From a virus (lineage: Duplodnaviria; Caudoviricetes): a DNA stretch of 45,766 nucleotides. A program made the translations under genes and the position numbers. Where the stretch lies: positions 1-45,766 of IMG/VR virus record IMGVR_UViG_3300020554_000012; one strand, 5' to 3'. The notes under the pieces were generated by a model. The model had not been told where the DNA came from, ran no database searches, and worked only from the letters and a program-made list of their open reading frames with translations. Positions 28,031-35,875 of the stretch are shown in pieces; within the stretch, counting starts at the first letter, position 1, and every line of letters begins with the position of its first letter.

Positions 28031-29515
28031 TCATCGGGGGTTATCTTGAAGGTCCCTCAGATTATTGTCCCCATCGGAGAGGTCGTCAACTCCAGCACCG
28101 GAGTTGCCCTGGCTACTGGCCACGTTATTTGGGTTACCGGCACCTAGCGTGCGCCCAGTGTTAGGGAAACTGCTTGTGTTGTTTGGAACAAGAACACCTC
28201 TCGGTACATTACCCGGTGCCTCGATGCCCAGCTGCTCTGCCATGGCGTCCTGCATAATCTCTGCGTCGAATAGACCCGTCATCCACGCTTGGCTCAGCGA
28301 TTGAATGGTGCGGTACGCGGGGTCAACGATAATGTTATTGAAGGTAACGCTAGGGTCTGGCACGCCAATCACGCGAAGCACGCGCATAAAGAAGTCCTCC
28401 CAGTTACCCTGGCGTGCGTAAGCAGAGTTGATGGTTGACTGGTCGAGAATCTGCGAACCGCCACCACCCTGCTGACCAGCACCGGCAAGAAGGGCGTCAA
28501 CCGAAACTTCCATCGCCGTAGCGGCCATAGCGGCCAAAGGCTGACCGGTAGCCAAATCAACGGAGTTATTCCTTGGCATGGCGTTGAGCTCAATATCAGC
28601 GCCAGTCACCGCAGTAGAAGCGACTTCCCTGTTGGTCAAAAGCTTGGAGGAGATATTTGCCCCACCCTTAGCGGTCTTCGTCTTTACCTGCCACGCAATG
28701 CTCGAGAGAGCCTTGAGCATCTTCGAGCCATCCTTGAGATACTCGGAGTATGCCCATGACCACGGCAAAGCCGGGAGCGCATCGGGCAAACCCCACAGCG
28801 ATCCGGTCTCGTCGTTAGCCTTGGTGTCGATAATGACAAAGTTGCGGTCCACTGGGATGTCGTTAATCTGCGACACTGGGTTATCTACGTAGTCCAGTGG
28901 GTACCAGACCTTGACCGTCTCGGCGAGATATGAGTTGTAAGGATCGGTTACTGGCTCGCGCTTGGAGTACTCGCGCAGGTAGTACCGAATCATCTCGGGG
29001 TCGTCGGGGTCTGTAGCCCAGCCGCTTATCTCATCAAGAGGGACACGACTAAAGCGCCGGTTACGACGGTCGTACCGAACGAAAAAGTTACCGTCCGTAA
29101 AAAGCGCTCGTTCATTCTTCTTGCACGCACCTTCGCTAAAGAGAACCTGTTGGTTTACGGCGTCATCAATAATGCGCTGGAACCGTGGGGCCAGGGGATT
29201 GCCAGCCTGAGACATCTTGAATCCGCGACCAAACACATAGCTAGCTCGCAGTGATGCGCCGCGCTTGAGGATTGGGTTGGATGCTGTCTGCCTCCGTGCC
29301 TGCTTGGCTACAATCTTTACGTCCTCGAGGCGAACACCAGCCTCGGTGAACTGGTTGATTGGTGCCCAGCCCTTGTCATCGAACTCTAGGGTTGCACGAG
29401 CAAGCGCGGAGTAGGACTCAGAAAGAATTTGATTGTTCTGAGAAAGCTCCTGAATCTCCTGCAAAAGTGCATCAGAGGCGGAAGAACTAGAAGTAAACCT
29501 GTCAAAAATTCCCAT
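28031..29515 (-). CDS. Portal protein
   Basis: Follows terL; NPILKRG..LR.SYVFG.G, DGNFF and G.PDAL motifs. Confidence 0.9.
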   Translation of the reverse strand: MGIFDRFTSSSSASDALLQEIQELSQNNQILSESYSALARATLEFDDKGWAPINQFTEAGVRLEDVKIVAKQARRQTASNPILKRGASLRASYVFGRGFKMSQAGNPLAPRFQRIIDDAVNQQVLFSEGACKKNERALFTDGNFFVRYDRRNRRFSRVPLDEISGWATDPDDPEMIRYYLREYSKREPVTDPYNSYLAETVKVWYPLDYVDNPVSQINDIPVDRNFVIIDTKANDETGSLWGLPDALPALPWSWAYSEYLKDGSKMLKALSSIAWQVKTKTAKGGANISSKLLTNREVASTAVTGADIELNAMPRNNSVDLATGQPLAAMAATAMEVSVDALLAGAGQQGGGGSQILDQSTINSAYARQGNWEDFFMRVLRVIGVPDPSVTFNNIIVDPAYRTIQSLSQAWMTGLFDAEIMQDAMAEQLGIEAPGNVPRGVLVPNNTSSFPNTGRTLGAGNPNNVASSQGNSGAGVDDLSDGDNNLRDLQDNPR

Positions 29516-29530
29516 GAACTAATCTTATCA

Positions 29531-29735
29531 CCAATAAGGCTTGTGCCTTACTCTTTACAAATATGCGTCGTTGCGCAGATTAGGGTACTTATTCCCTGTC
29601 TGAGCGTGCGCATTGCCCCCTTTGTGTGTGAGCGCGCAGATTAAAAATGTCGGCGTACTCAGTCACGTTAGTGTTTGTCGGCGAACGCCGTAACCCCGGT
29701 GACGTGCTCGCGCAGAGGCCATCCGGGGTCTTCGC
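29531..29735 (-). ncRNA. Candidate structured RNA between terL and portal
   Basis: Extended -10 TGATAGTAT at 29741-29749; several hairpins; no convincing ORF. Confidence 0.35.
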
Positions 29736-29746
29736 TATAAATACTA

Positions 29747-31282
29747 TCACCAGTAAGACTCGCTGTAAAACGGATGCTCGGCCATGACTTCCTCGGCCTG
29801 GATAATCTCACCGGGGCGTGGCCCATCATGCCTGTGGTCGATGGTACTCAATATAGCCGCGTCCAAAGAGTCGGGGGACGCCATGCCAGACTTACGCATC
29901 TCATCCTTGCTTGTCATGGTGATTGACCCTCGCGTGCTGAAGTGATAAGTCTGACTTATCATCTCATCGCGCAGCTGATGATCTTCGTAGTCTAGGTCCA
30001 AGCGCCCGTCTGCAAGGAGTTCTCGGAACGTGTCGTAGTAGTAGGCCCTGGCGTTGGTCCACCTGGCGTTGTCCGGCGAAGCATTAGAGTTATTAATAGC
30101 CCCAACAGAATAAACGGCGTCAGCAAACTCATCAAGGCGAAGAAGAGCATCAACAACACCGCCACCGACGCCATTGACGTCAACATTAAGAACGCTTGCC
30201 AGATACCTTTGAGCAAAGCCATGAACCCTCCTAGCCGTTTCGATGAGGTCAAGTTTAGACCACTTATCAACAACGCGAACCCTACCACCCCGATTAATAT
30301 ATAACACATTCTCATCACTACCAAAGCGCGCAACGTCGAGACCCAGGATTGGTCGCTCATTTTCGTCCTCCGCAATCTCCGTGTCAAAGCCCTTGTCGAT
30401 AACAACCTGCCCAAAGAACGTGTTGTCCGCCTCATCGGGGAACTCTCCCAGCACCTTGGCCTTGTACCGTGCAGAGTCCTCACCCCAGGCACGCTTCTTG
30501 TGCTCAACCCAATCAACGCTGGTTAGTCCGCTGAGGAAGTTCTTCTGCTCTTCTGGCTCCGGGTAAACAGACTCTTCGGTAAATGTAGGGAGATCGAAAG
30601 CGCTGATGGTATGGAGGGACCAGTCCTGAGATAGTTGAGGATCAGTGAAAATTCTATGAAATTCTGTTCCTCTTCTATCAGGGTTACCAATCGCAAGAAT
30701 CCGGGAACCCGCTCCAGTGGCAACGGCCTCAGCAGCCGTAAACATATCTGTAGGTAGTCCACCTGCCTCGTCAAGAAATACATAAGTATTCCGCTTTCTA
30801 GTTCCCTGAAAGCTCGAGACAATATCCTGGTCGCTGGGTCGTTTTCCAAATACGAGGAACTCCGCACCGTTATCTCCGTCCAACTTCCATGCCAATGTTT
30901 CGGTAATCCTACCAGGAAGTACCATCCCTCTGGAATCCGCCATACCCTTGTTTACTTTTAGATACGCGAAGATAACCTTCTCAATCTGCGAGAGAGTCGG
31001 TGCGCTCACGATGCACAGTGTCTCAGCGGGGACACCAGTGGCAACAATCCACGTAATCAAGTCGGCGACTACAGCAGACTTACCACAACCGTTAGCGCTC
31101 TTGACCGCGGTGCGAGTAGACGACATAAAGGAGTCTACGATTTCTGCCTGCTTGGAATACCAGCGCTTGCCGAGTACGTCCGCCAACCACGCCTGCGGGT
31201 CGTTCTGGTAAATCCTTAGTTTGCTCTTGCTGCGCATCTCCCCAATAGCGCCGTCAAGAACATCACTCAAATAGGTTGGCAT
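29747..31282 (-). CDS. terL: Terminase large subunit
   Basis: SANGCGKS Walker A, FLDEAGG Walker B, IGNP, GLDVARFGSD and SPDSLDA nuclease motifs. Confidence 0.95.
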   Translation of the reverse strand: MPTYLSDVLDGAIGEMRSKSKLRIYQNDPQAWLADVLGKRWYSKQAEIVDSFMSSTRTAVKSANGCGKSAVVADLITWIVATGVPAETLCIVSAPTLSQIEKVIFAYLKVNKGMADSRGMVLPGRITETLAWKLDGDNGAEFLVFGKRPSDQDIVSSFQGTRKRNTYVFLDEAGGLPTDMFTAAEAVATGAGSRILAIGNPDRRGTEFHRIFTDPQLSQDWSLHTISAFDLPTFTEESVYPEPEEQKNFLSGLTSVDWVEHKKRAWGEDSARYKAKVLGEFPDEADNTFFGQVVIDKGFDTEIAEDENERPILGLDVARFGSDENVLYINRGGRVRVVDKWSKLDLIETARRVHGFAQRYLASVLNVDVNGVGGGVVDALLRLDEFADAVYSVGAINNSNASPDNARWTNARAYYYDTFRELLADGRLDLDYEDHQLRDEMISQTYHFSTRGSITMTSKDEMRKSGMASPDSLDAAILSTIDHRHDGPRPGEIIQAEEVMAEHPFYSESYW

Positions 31283-31769
31283 CTAAAACACTTCCCGCAC
31301 GCTTCAAGCCCTGCTCAACGAGATCGTCTACGTCCTCGTCCGATGGTACACCGTCGAATGCTTTGAACCCGGAGATGATGTACTGGAGCGCGGAGTCAAA
31401 CGCCTGTGCGAATATCTTAGCGTGCGCTGCGGTAATCTTCTGGATATCGTCGTCCACGAGCTTACGTCTGGCGTCTAGCCTCTCTGAGACCAGCCTCAAG
31501 GTCTTGAGCACCACGTTGGCGACACCGGCGAACTCTTGCGGTCCGACGTCCTCGAGCATCCCAAACGCCTTGTCCTTCAGCGTTGCGGCCTCGATGAGAA
31601 TGAGGCGCTCCTCCTGGCGGTCGGTCAACCAGTCTTTGCTATCCAGTAGGTACGCAATACGCTCGGCGACAAAGCCCGCATCGAGCCCTGTGGCTTCCGC
31701 AATCTCCATTGGCGACTTCCGGGCAAGCGACAGTAACTTCTCGTCCAGGTTCGTGCGCTCCAGCTCCAT
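31263..31769 (-). CDS. terS: Terminase small subunit
   Basis: N-terminal HTH (SPMEIAEATGL) and helical body; directly upstream of terL. Confidence 0.7.
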   Translation of the reverse strand: MELERTNLDEKLLSLARKSPMEIAEATGLDAGFVAERIAYLLDSKDWLTDRQEERLILIEAATLKDKAFGMLEDVGPQEFAGVANVVLKTLRLVSERLDARRKLVDDDIQKITAAHAKIFAQAFDSALQYIISGFKAFDGVPSDEDVDDLVEQGLKRAGSVLDANLFE

Positions 31770-31803
31770 GGCTATATTCTATCCCATGCGATAGGATATC
31801 CGC

Positions 31804-31938
31804 ATGATTATTGAAGAGACGCAACACAGCGGTATCACCAGGGTATTCCACCTTACGGCAGAACACCGAGAACGGTGGATCGAATTCTTTGAGTGGCTCA
31901 TCGCTCAGGGTGAGATAGTGAGCTTCCGGATTCTGTAA
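31804..31938 (+). CDS. 44-aa hypothetical protein (not in ORF track)
   Basis: TAGGAT 6 nt before ATG; ungapped similarity to 33883-34023. Confidence 0.6.
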   Translation: MIIEETQHSGITRVFHLTAEHRERWIEFFEWLIAQGEIVSFRIL

Positions 31939-32157
31939 TTTCGAAATTAAAAAAAAATAAACATGCGGTAGGGCCGTACTCCCAAATTGAGATTTTCCAA
32001 AAGTGAGAATTGTTTACATAACGATTAGATAACGCTCGGCGTGTCGGCTTGACACGGCCAAGGGCAATACAGATTAGTCCCGCTGCATGTTGTGTAGTTG
32101 TCCTATGTGTTATAGACTTGTGGCATGGCCAAGATATGGCCGGATAGGGGTAACATA

Positions 32158-32325
32158 ATGGATAACTACACTGACGACATGGTGGAGACTGAGCGAGACA
32201 TGACACTCTCATACATTGACGCTGACACTCTCGCAATTGCGAGACTGGTGGCGGACGCTGAGGGTATCACTTTCGAGCAAGCACTGTCGGAAGAATTGGC
32301 ACTATGGGAAGGGGTGGCACTGTGA
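32158..32325 (+). CDS. Small acidic early protein
   Basis: TAGGGG RBS then ATG 32158; GTGA coupling downstream. Confidence 0.6.
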   Translation: MDNYTDDMVETERDMTLSYIDADTLAIARLVADAEGITFEQALSEELALWEGVAL

Positions 32326-32441
32326 GCGCGCTGTGTGGCGAGTGCTACTCTGAGCCGGTTGTGGTCGTAGGGTACACTTGGGAGAGTGTGCCCTATGCCC
32401 TAGGCGTAGAGTGTGCCACATACTACGGGGTAGCGCTGTAG
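32322..32441 (+). CDS. 39-aa Cys-containing early protein (not in ORF track)
   Basis: MSALCGECYSEP...GVECATYYGVAL; GTGA overlap; followed by a terminator. Confidence 0.55.
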   Translation: MSALCGECYSEPVVVVGYTWESVPYALGVECATYYGVAL

Positions 32442-32454
32442 GCTACCACGCCAC

Positions 32455-32486
32455 GGGGGGGGGAGTAATCCCCCCCCTATTTTTTT
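32455..32486 (+). terminator. Intrinsic terminator
   Basis: G-run/C-run hairpin with GTAA loop followed by a T tract. Confidence 0.8.
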
Positions 32487-32564
32487 GGCCGCCAAAGTGA
32501 AGAATCCTCACTTCTTGATCGAATATGTGAGGATTCCTCATTTATAACGATTTGGTAACGGGAC

Positions 32565-32593
32565 TTGACAAAGTGGCATTTTTTTGCTAGGCT
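32565..32593 (+). promoter_or_regulatory. SigA-type promoter
   Basis: TTGACA-N17-TAGGCT with TG extension. Confidence 0.7.
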
Positions 32594-32834
32594 TGGTTTG
32601 GTGCCCAAAAAACAGATAACGATTTGGTAACGGTCGGCGTGTCGATTTGACAGCGCGTTGCCAATCGAACATTTGTTCAGGCCCAGATAACAATTCGATA
32701 ACGGTGGGCGTGTCGACTTGACAATTGGATTTTCGATCCGCTCGGCGTGTCGACTTGACAATACGCTGCCGATATGATAAGCGGACATCACGGTTTCCGT
32801 TATGAAACTGTTACCAAAAAACTACGGTTTCGAC

Positions 32835-32863
32835 TTGACATTATCCCCCCCCCGTGGTATAGT
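32835..32863 (+). promoter_or_regulatory. SigA-type promoter
   Basis: TTGACA-N17-TATAGT with TG extension. Confidence 0.85.
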
Positions 32864-32928
32864 GTAACTATGAAGATGAGGGATAGAACATAGGGGTGAA
32901 ACACTCAATAACACATTGAGGGTTTGAC

Positions 32929-32957
32929 TTGACAAGTAGCGCCAAGTGTGCTATAGT
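32929..32957 (+). promoter_or_regulatory. SigA-type promoter
   Basis: TTGACA-N17-TATAGT with TG extension. Confidence 0.85.
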
Positions 32958-32985
32958 GTTCTTACACAACAAGATAGGGGATATT

Positions 32986-33147
32986 GTGAAGACCGTGAAC
33001 GATAGTATCGTTCGCCCAATTCTTAAGTCTAGGAATGGGTGGAACACTAAGGGATACAAGACTACCCGCGGGGTCAAACTTAAGGGGTCATATTACAATC
33101 GCGCCACGCCAGTAGTGGTGCGATACATAGAACAACCGGCCAACTAG
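32986..33147 (+). CDS. Small basic early protein
   Basis: TAGGGG RBS and GTG 32986 downstream of a strong promoter. Confidence 0.55.
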   Translation: MKTVNDSIVRPILKSRNGWNTKGYKTTRGVKLKGSYYNRATPVVVRYIEQPAN

Positions 33148-33219
33148 CCGCCAAATTGTCCTGGGCACGACACTAAACTACCCACGAATGAACACACCGA
33201 TCGAACTAGGGGGACAACT

Positions 33220-33492
33220 ATGGCACGCCTACGACGGCGTGTAGTCACCAGTAGGCGTGTGCCTGTGCGATTCGTGGAAACACGCACGCGGAAACAGACA
33301 CGCGAATACATGGACGAACTACTCGCGCAGAAGATACAACAGTGGCGCACGGATTTAGCGGAGCGCGGGATTACTCTCACTGACGCAATGGTGGAGGAAC
33401 GACGGTTTAGGGTGAGCGCTGCCGAACCGGTCTACGACTTTGGCGACACTCTATTACTAGGCTATCGCTACGATATTACGGCTCTAGTCTAA
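33220..33492 (+). CDS. Hypothetical early protein
   Basis: TAGGGGG RBS; 90 aa. Confidence 0.6.
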   Translation: MARLRRRVVTSRRVPVRFVETRTRKQTREYMDELLAQKIQQWRTDLAERGITLTDAMVEERRFRVSAAEPVYDFGDTLLLGYRYDITALV

Positions 33493-33630
33493 CAGTAGTC
33501 CTATATACCTATTATACTATAATAGCATTATAGTATTACCTTATAGTAGCACCAGAACACGCAAACACACATCGGCGGATCGACGGGGAAGTCTATCCGC
33601 AGCGGAATCGAAAATTGCCAAAATTAGGAC

Positions 33631-33659
33631 TTGACAACACGAAAACACTATGCTATGCT
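33631..33659 (+). promoter_or_regulatory. SigA-type promoter for the early gene chain
   Basis: TTGACA-N17-TATGCT with TG extension. Confidence 0.85.
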
Positions 33660-33712
33660 GTAGATATTACAGCGAACTAACCTAGCAATAGCGCTAGAGA
33701 ATAGGGGGGAAT

Positions 33713-33880
33713 ATGACACGGCCAACACTAAAAGACATCACGGTAAGTCGTCCTAGTGGCGCTTACGTTATCGACTGTGACCGGTCTTGCGAGAATCCAC
33801 GACTGGACCATATGTTCATGGGATACACCAAAAAAGAAGCGCTACAAGTGTGGCGCATGCAGCACCCTAGGGGGGGGTAA
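33713..33880 (+). CDS. 55-aa hypothetical protein (not in ORF track)
   Basis: TAGGGGGG RBS; SGAYVI...FMGYTKKEA motif. Confidence 0.65.
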   Translation: MTRPTLKDITVSRPSGAYVIDCDRSCENPRLDHMFMGYTKKEALQVWRMQHPRGG

Positions 33881-33882
33881 CT

Positions 33883-34023
33883 ATGTGGGTAGTGGAATAC
33901 CACCACGACGGTGGCCAGATGATTACGACCTACGACCCAGGACACTATGACGGTGTACTGGAGTGGTATCAGGACCAAGTAGCACGTGGAGAACTGTACG
34001 CATATCAGATAGGGGACAAGTAA
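33883..34023 (+). CDS. 46-aa hypothetical protein (not in ORF track)
   Basis: G-rich RBS; TAATG coupling; similar to 31804-31938. Confidence 0.65.
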   Translation: MWVVEYHHDGGQMITTYDPGHYDGVLEWYQDQVARGELYAYQIGDK

Positions 34024-34214
34024 TGACACGCAAGGACTATCAAGCGATAGCACGGGTAATCAGCACGACAACGCGACACATCATGCCGAACAACGAGTGG
34101 CAGTATATGGTGACACGTCTGGGCAATCTGTTTGCGGCGGACAATCACCTATTCGACCACGACAAGTGGTACAACGCATGTAACACGGAATATCGGGAAG
34201 TAGGGGGACAATGA
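34023..34214 (+). CDS. Hypothetical protein, 'MTRKDY..IA' small phage family
   Basis: MTRKDYQAIA...F.ADN..FD..K...AC pattern. Confidence 0.75.
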   Translation: MTRKDYQAIARVISTTTRHIMPNNEWQYMVTRLGNLFAADNHLFDHDKWYNACNTEYREVGGQ

Positions 34215-34459
34215 TAACAATCTTCGAGACCAAGTACCACGGACCAACGGACCACGCTGGGCCACGGATCAACGTGAAGAATACGCGGACCGGTAAGTCA
34301 CGGTGGCACAGTTGGGACTACAGCGTGAACGGTGGACCGGACCAGCACGCTCACGCTGTGAGAGAGTGTTCTGCGGCCATATTCGAGAAGGTGGAGTACG
34401 GCGGGGAGACCAAGGACGGATACCTATTCATCACGACAACGAGAGAGGACGAACTATGA
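34211..34459 (+). CDS. Hypothetical protein
   Basis: TKYHGPTD..G.RI...WDY...H...GYLF pattern; ATGA coupling. Confidence 0.75.
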   Translation: MITIFETKYHGPTDHAGPRINVKNTRTGKSRWHSWDYSVNGGPDQHAHAVRECSAAIFEKVEYGGETKDGYLFITTTREDEL

Positions 34460-34557
34460 ACCCAGCGCTATATGAGGGGACAGAATCGCTGTGGCCTATG
34501 GGGATAGTCGCGGTTGTACTGTGGCTAATCGTACTAATCAATTGGAGGAAGCAATGA
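34456..34557 (+). CDS. Small membrane peptide
   Basis: One TM helix; ATGA coupled on both sides. Confidence 0.55.
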   Translation: MNPALYEGTESLWPMGIVAVVLWLIVLINWRKQ

Positions 34558-34628
34558 ACACAGAGGACGACGACGAACAATTTTGGGACGAATTCTTCGG
34601 GATAAAGGAGTGGGCTAATGAGGAGTAA
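34554..34628 (+). CDS. 24-aa acidic peptide MNTEDDDEQFWDEFFGIKEWANEE
   Basis: GGAGG RBS, ATGA overlap. Confidence 0.45.
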   Translation: MNTEDDDEQFWDEFFGIKEWANEE

Positions 34629-34881
34629 GACAGACAGCACAACGCAGACAGCGTTTATGACGAAGTACTACCGGAAGGAATATGCAGCGCTAATCGGCCG
34701 GAAGGTGGTCGACATGAGAGCAATGTATCCGGAGGAAATGGAACTATTCATGTGGCACGGTGAGCCAGGGTGTGTGCTAATCCTGGACGACGGGGGATTA
34801 GTAATCCCAATGATGGACGAAGAGGGCAACGGGCCAGGCCAACTAATGGTACAAGTCAAATACACAAGGGAGACAGCATGA
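34618..34881 (+). CDS. Hypothetical protein
   Basis: L.GRK....R.M..EE.....W...LDDG...P..DEEGNGPG.L motif. Confidence 0.75.
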   Translation: MRSKTDSTTQTAFMTKYYRKEYAALIGRKVVDMRAMYPEEMELFMWHGEPGCVLILDDGGLVIPMMDEEGNGPGQLMVQVKYTRETA

Positions 34882-35066
34882 CAGAGTGGCGATTCACAAT
34901 CAAGCGCACCGACTTGGGAGAAGTCACGGTGGCAGCGGACACGGAAGCAGAAGCACGAATCAAAGCACGCGACTATGCCGAGCGCATAATCCAAGTGGAC
35001 GGTAAGTCTTGGCAGACCATGCGGTTCGTCAAGGAGAATCTGATCGAAGTAATCGGGGGAGAGTAA
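34878..35066 (+). CDS. Hypothetical protein
   Basis: V.ADTEAEARIKA motif; ATGA coupling. Confidence 0.65.
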   Translation: MTEWRFTIKRTDLGEVTVAADTEAEARIKARDYAERIIQVDGKSWQTMRFVKENLIEVIGGE

Positions 35067-35152
35067 TGAGCCGCCACTACGGGGAATACGCATTCCCGAT
35101 ATCAGAAGAAGAAGACAACGAAACAATCCAGGAACTAACGGAGGAGAACTAA
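35066..35152 (+). CDS. 28-aa acidic peptide
   Basis: TAATG-coupled at both ends. Confidence 0.5.
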   Translation: MSRHYGEYAFPISEEEDNETIQELTEEN

Positions 35153-35466
35153 TGGGAGACCGGAACAACATCAAGGTGACCTATAGCAACGGTGGGAGTG
35201 TGTATCTGTACTCACACTGGGGCGGCAGCGGACTGAAGGATATCGTGGAGGGAGCGCTGGACTGTGGCAGAGTGAGCGACGAATCATACTTCACGCGGAT
35301 ACTGTTCTCGCGTATGGTGGCGGACGATATCAACGGGGAGACCGGATACGGTATCGCACCCTATGCGCCGGACCAGGACTACGGGAACGACATGATACAT
35401 ATCGACTACACCAGTGGCGAAGGAAGACTGCCGCAGATTGACTGGGCATACAAGGAGGAAGAATGA
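35152..35466 (+). CDS. Conserved hypothetical phage protein
   Basis: MGDR.N...VYLYSHWGG...R..D.SY.TRI.F..M...ETGYGI. Confidence 0.8.
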   Translation: MGDRNNIKVTYSNGGSVYLYSHWGGSGLKDIVEGALDCGRVSDESYFTRILFSRMVADDINGETGYGIAPYAPDQDYGNDMIHIDYTSGEGRLPQIDWAYKEEE

Positions 35467-35687
35467 ACGAGAGCGTAATTACTCACGAGTACTACAACCC
35501 TAACGAACTATCGGAAATGGTGGTGGAAGCAATCATCAGGCACGTTGGGGACTACGCGAACCTACACGGACAAGGGTGGCTTGATATCGAGGAGACACTG
35601 ACGACAGCGTTCTCGGATATCGTGCGAGTCGAGGACGACGGGTACGGTGGCTTCACGAAGGTAATCACCATCAAGAAGGGGGAGTAA
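35463..35687 (+). CDS. Hypothetical protein
   Basis: AAGGAGG RBS; coupled to neighbours. Confidence 0.65.
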   Translation: MNESVITHEYYNPNELSEMVVEAIIRHVGDYANLHGQGWLDIEETLTTAFSDIVRVEDDGYGGFTKVITIKKGE

Positions 35688-35875
35688 TGGAAGTATTCTA
35701 CGTCGATCACCAGTGGAAGCAGAGCGACGAATTCTGGCAGTGGGAGTGCAGCAAGTGCGGAGAGCGTTGTCGCGTTAGGCGAACAGCAAGGGGTGGCTTC
35801 ATCTACGCGATGAGGGAACCAGGAGACACACGCGGACAGTTGTGTGTTGTAATCGAGAGAGAGTGGAGGAACTAA
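35687..35875 (+). CDS. Small CxxC-containing protein
   Basis: H.W...WECSKCG; TAATG coupling. Confidence 0.6.
   Translation: MEVFYVDHQWKQSDEFWQWECSKCGERCRVRRTARGGFIYAMREPGDTRGQLCVVIEREWRN

Larger units (their letters stand above)
32003..32863 (+). promoter_or_regulatory. Control region with repeated ATAAC-N6-RTAAC / GGCGTGTCG / TTGACA modules
   Basis: ATAAC boxes at 32018, 32544, 32616, 32687 and inverted at 32799; GGCGTGTCG at 32038, 32636, 32707, 32744; TTGACA at 32049, 32565, 32647, 32718, 32755, 32835. Confidence 0.85.

Noticed and set aside
32018-32840. Repeats as a CRISPR array
   Set aside because: Degenerate, irregularly spaced, end in TTGACA, and no cas genes; better explained as regulatory modules.
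32870-32892. Leaderless 7-aa ORF MKMRDRT after the 32835 promoter
   Set aside because: Too short to support; may be a 5' leader or remnant.
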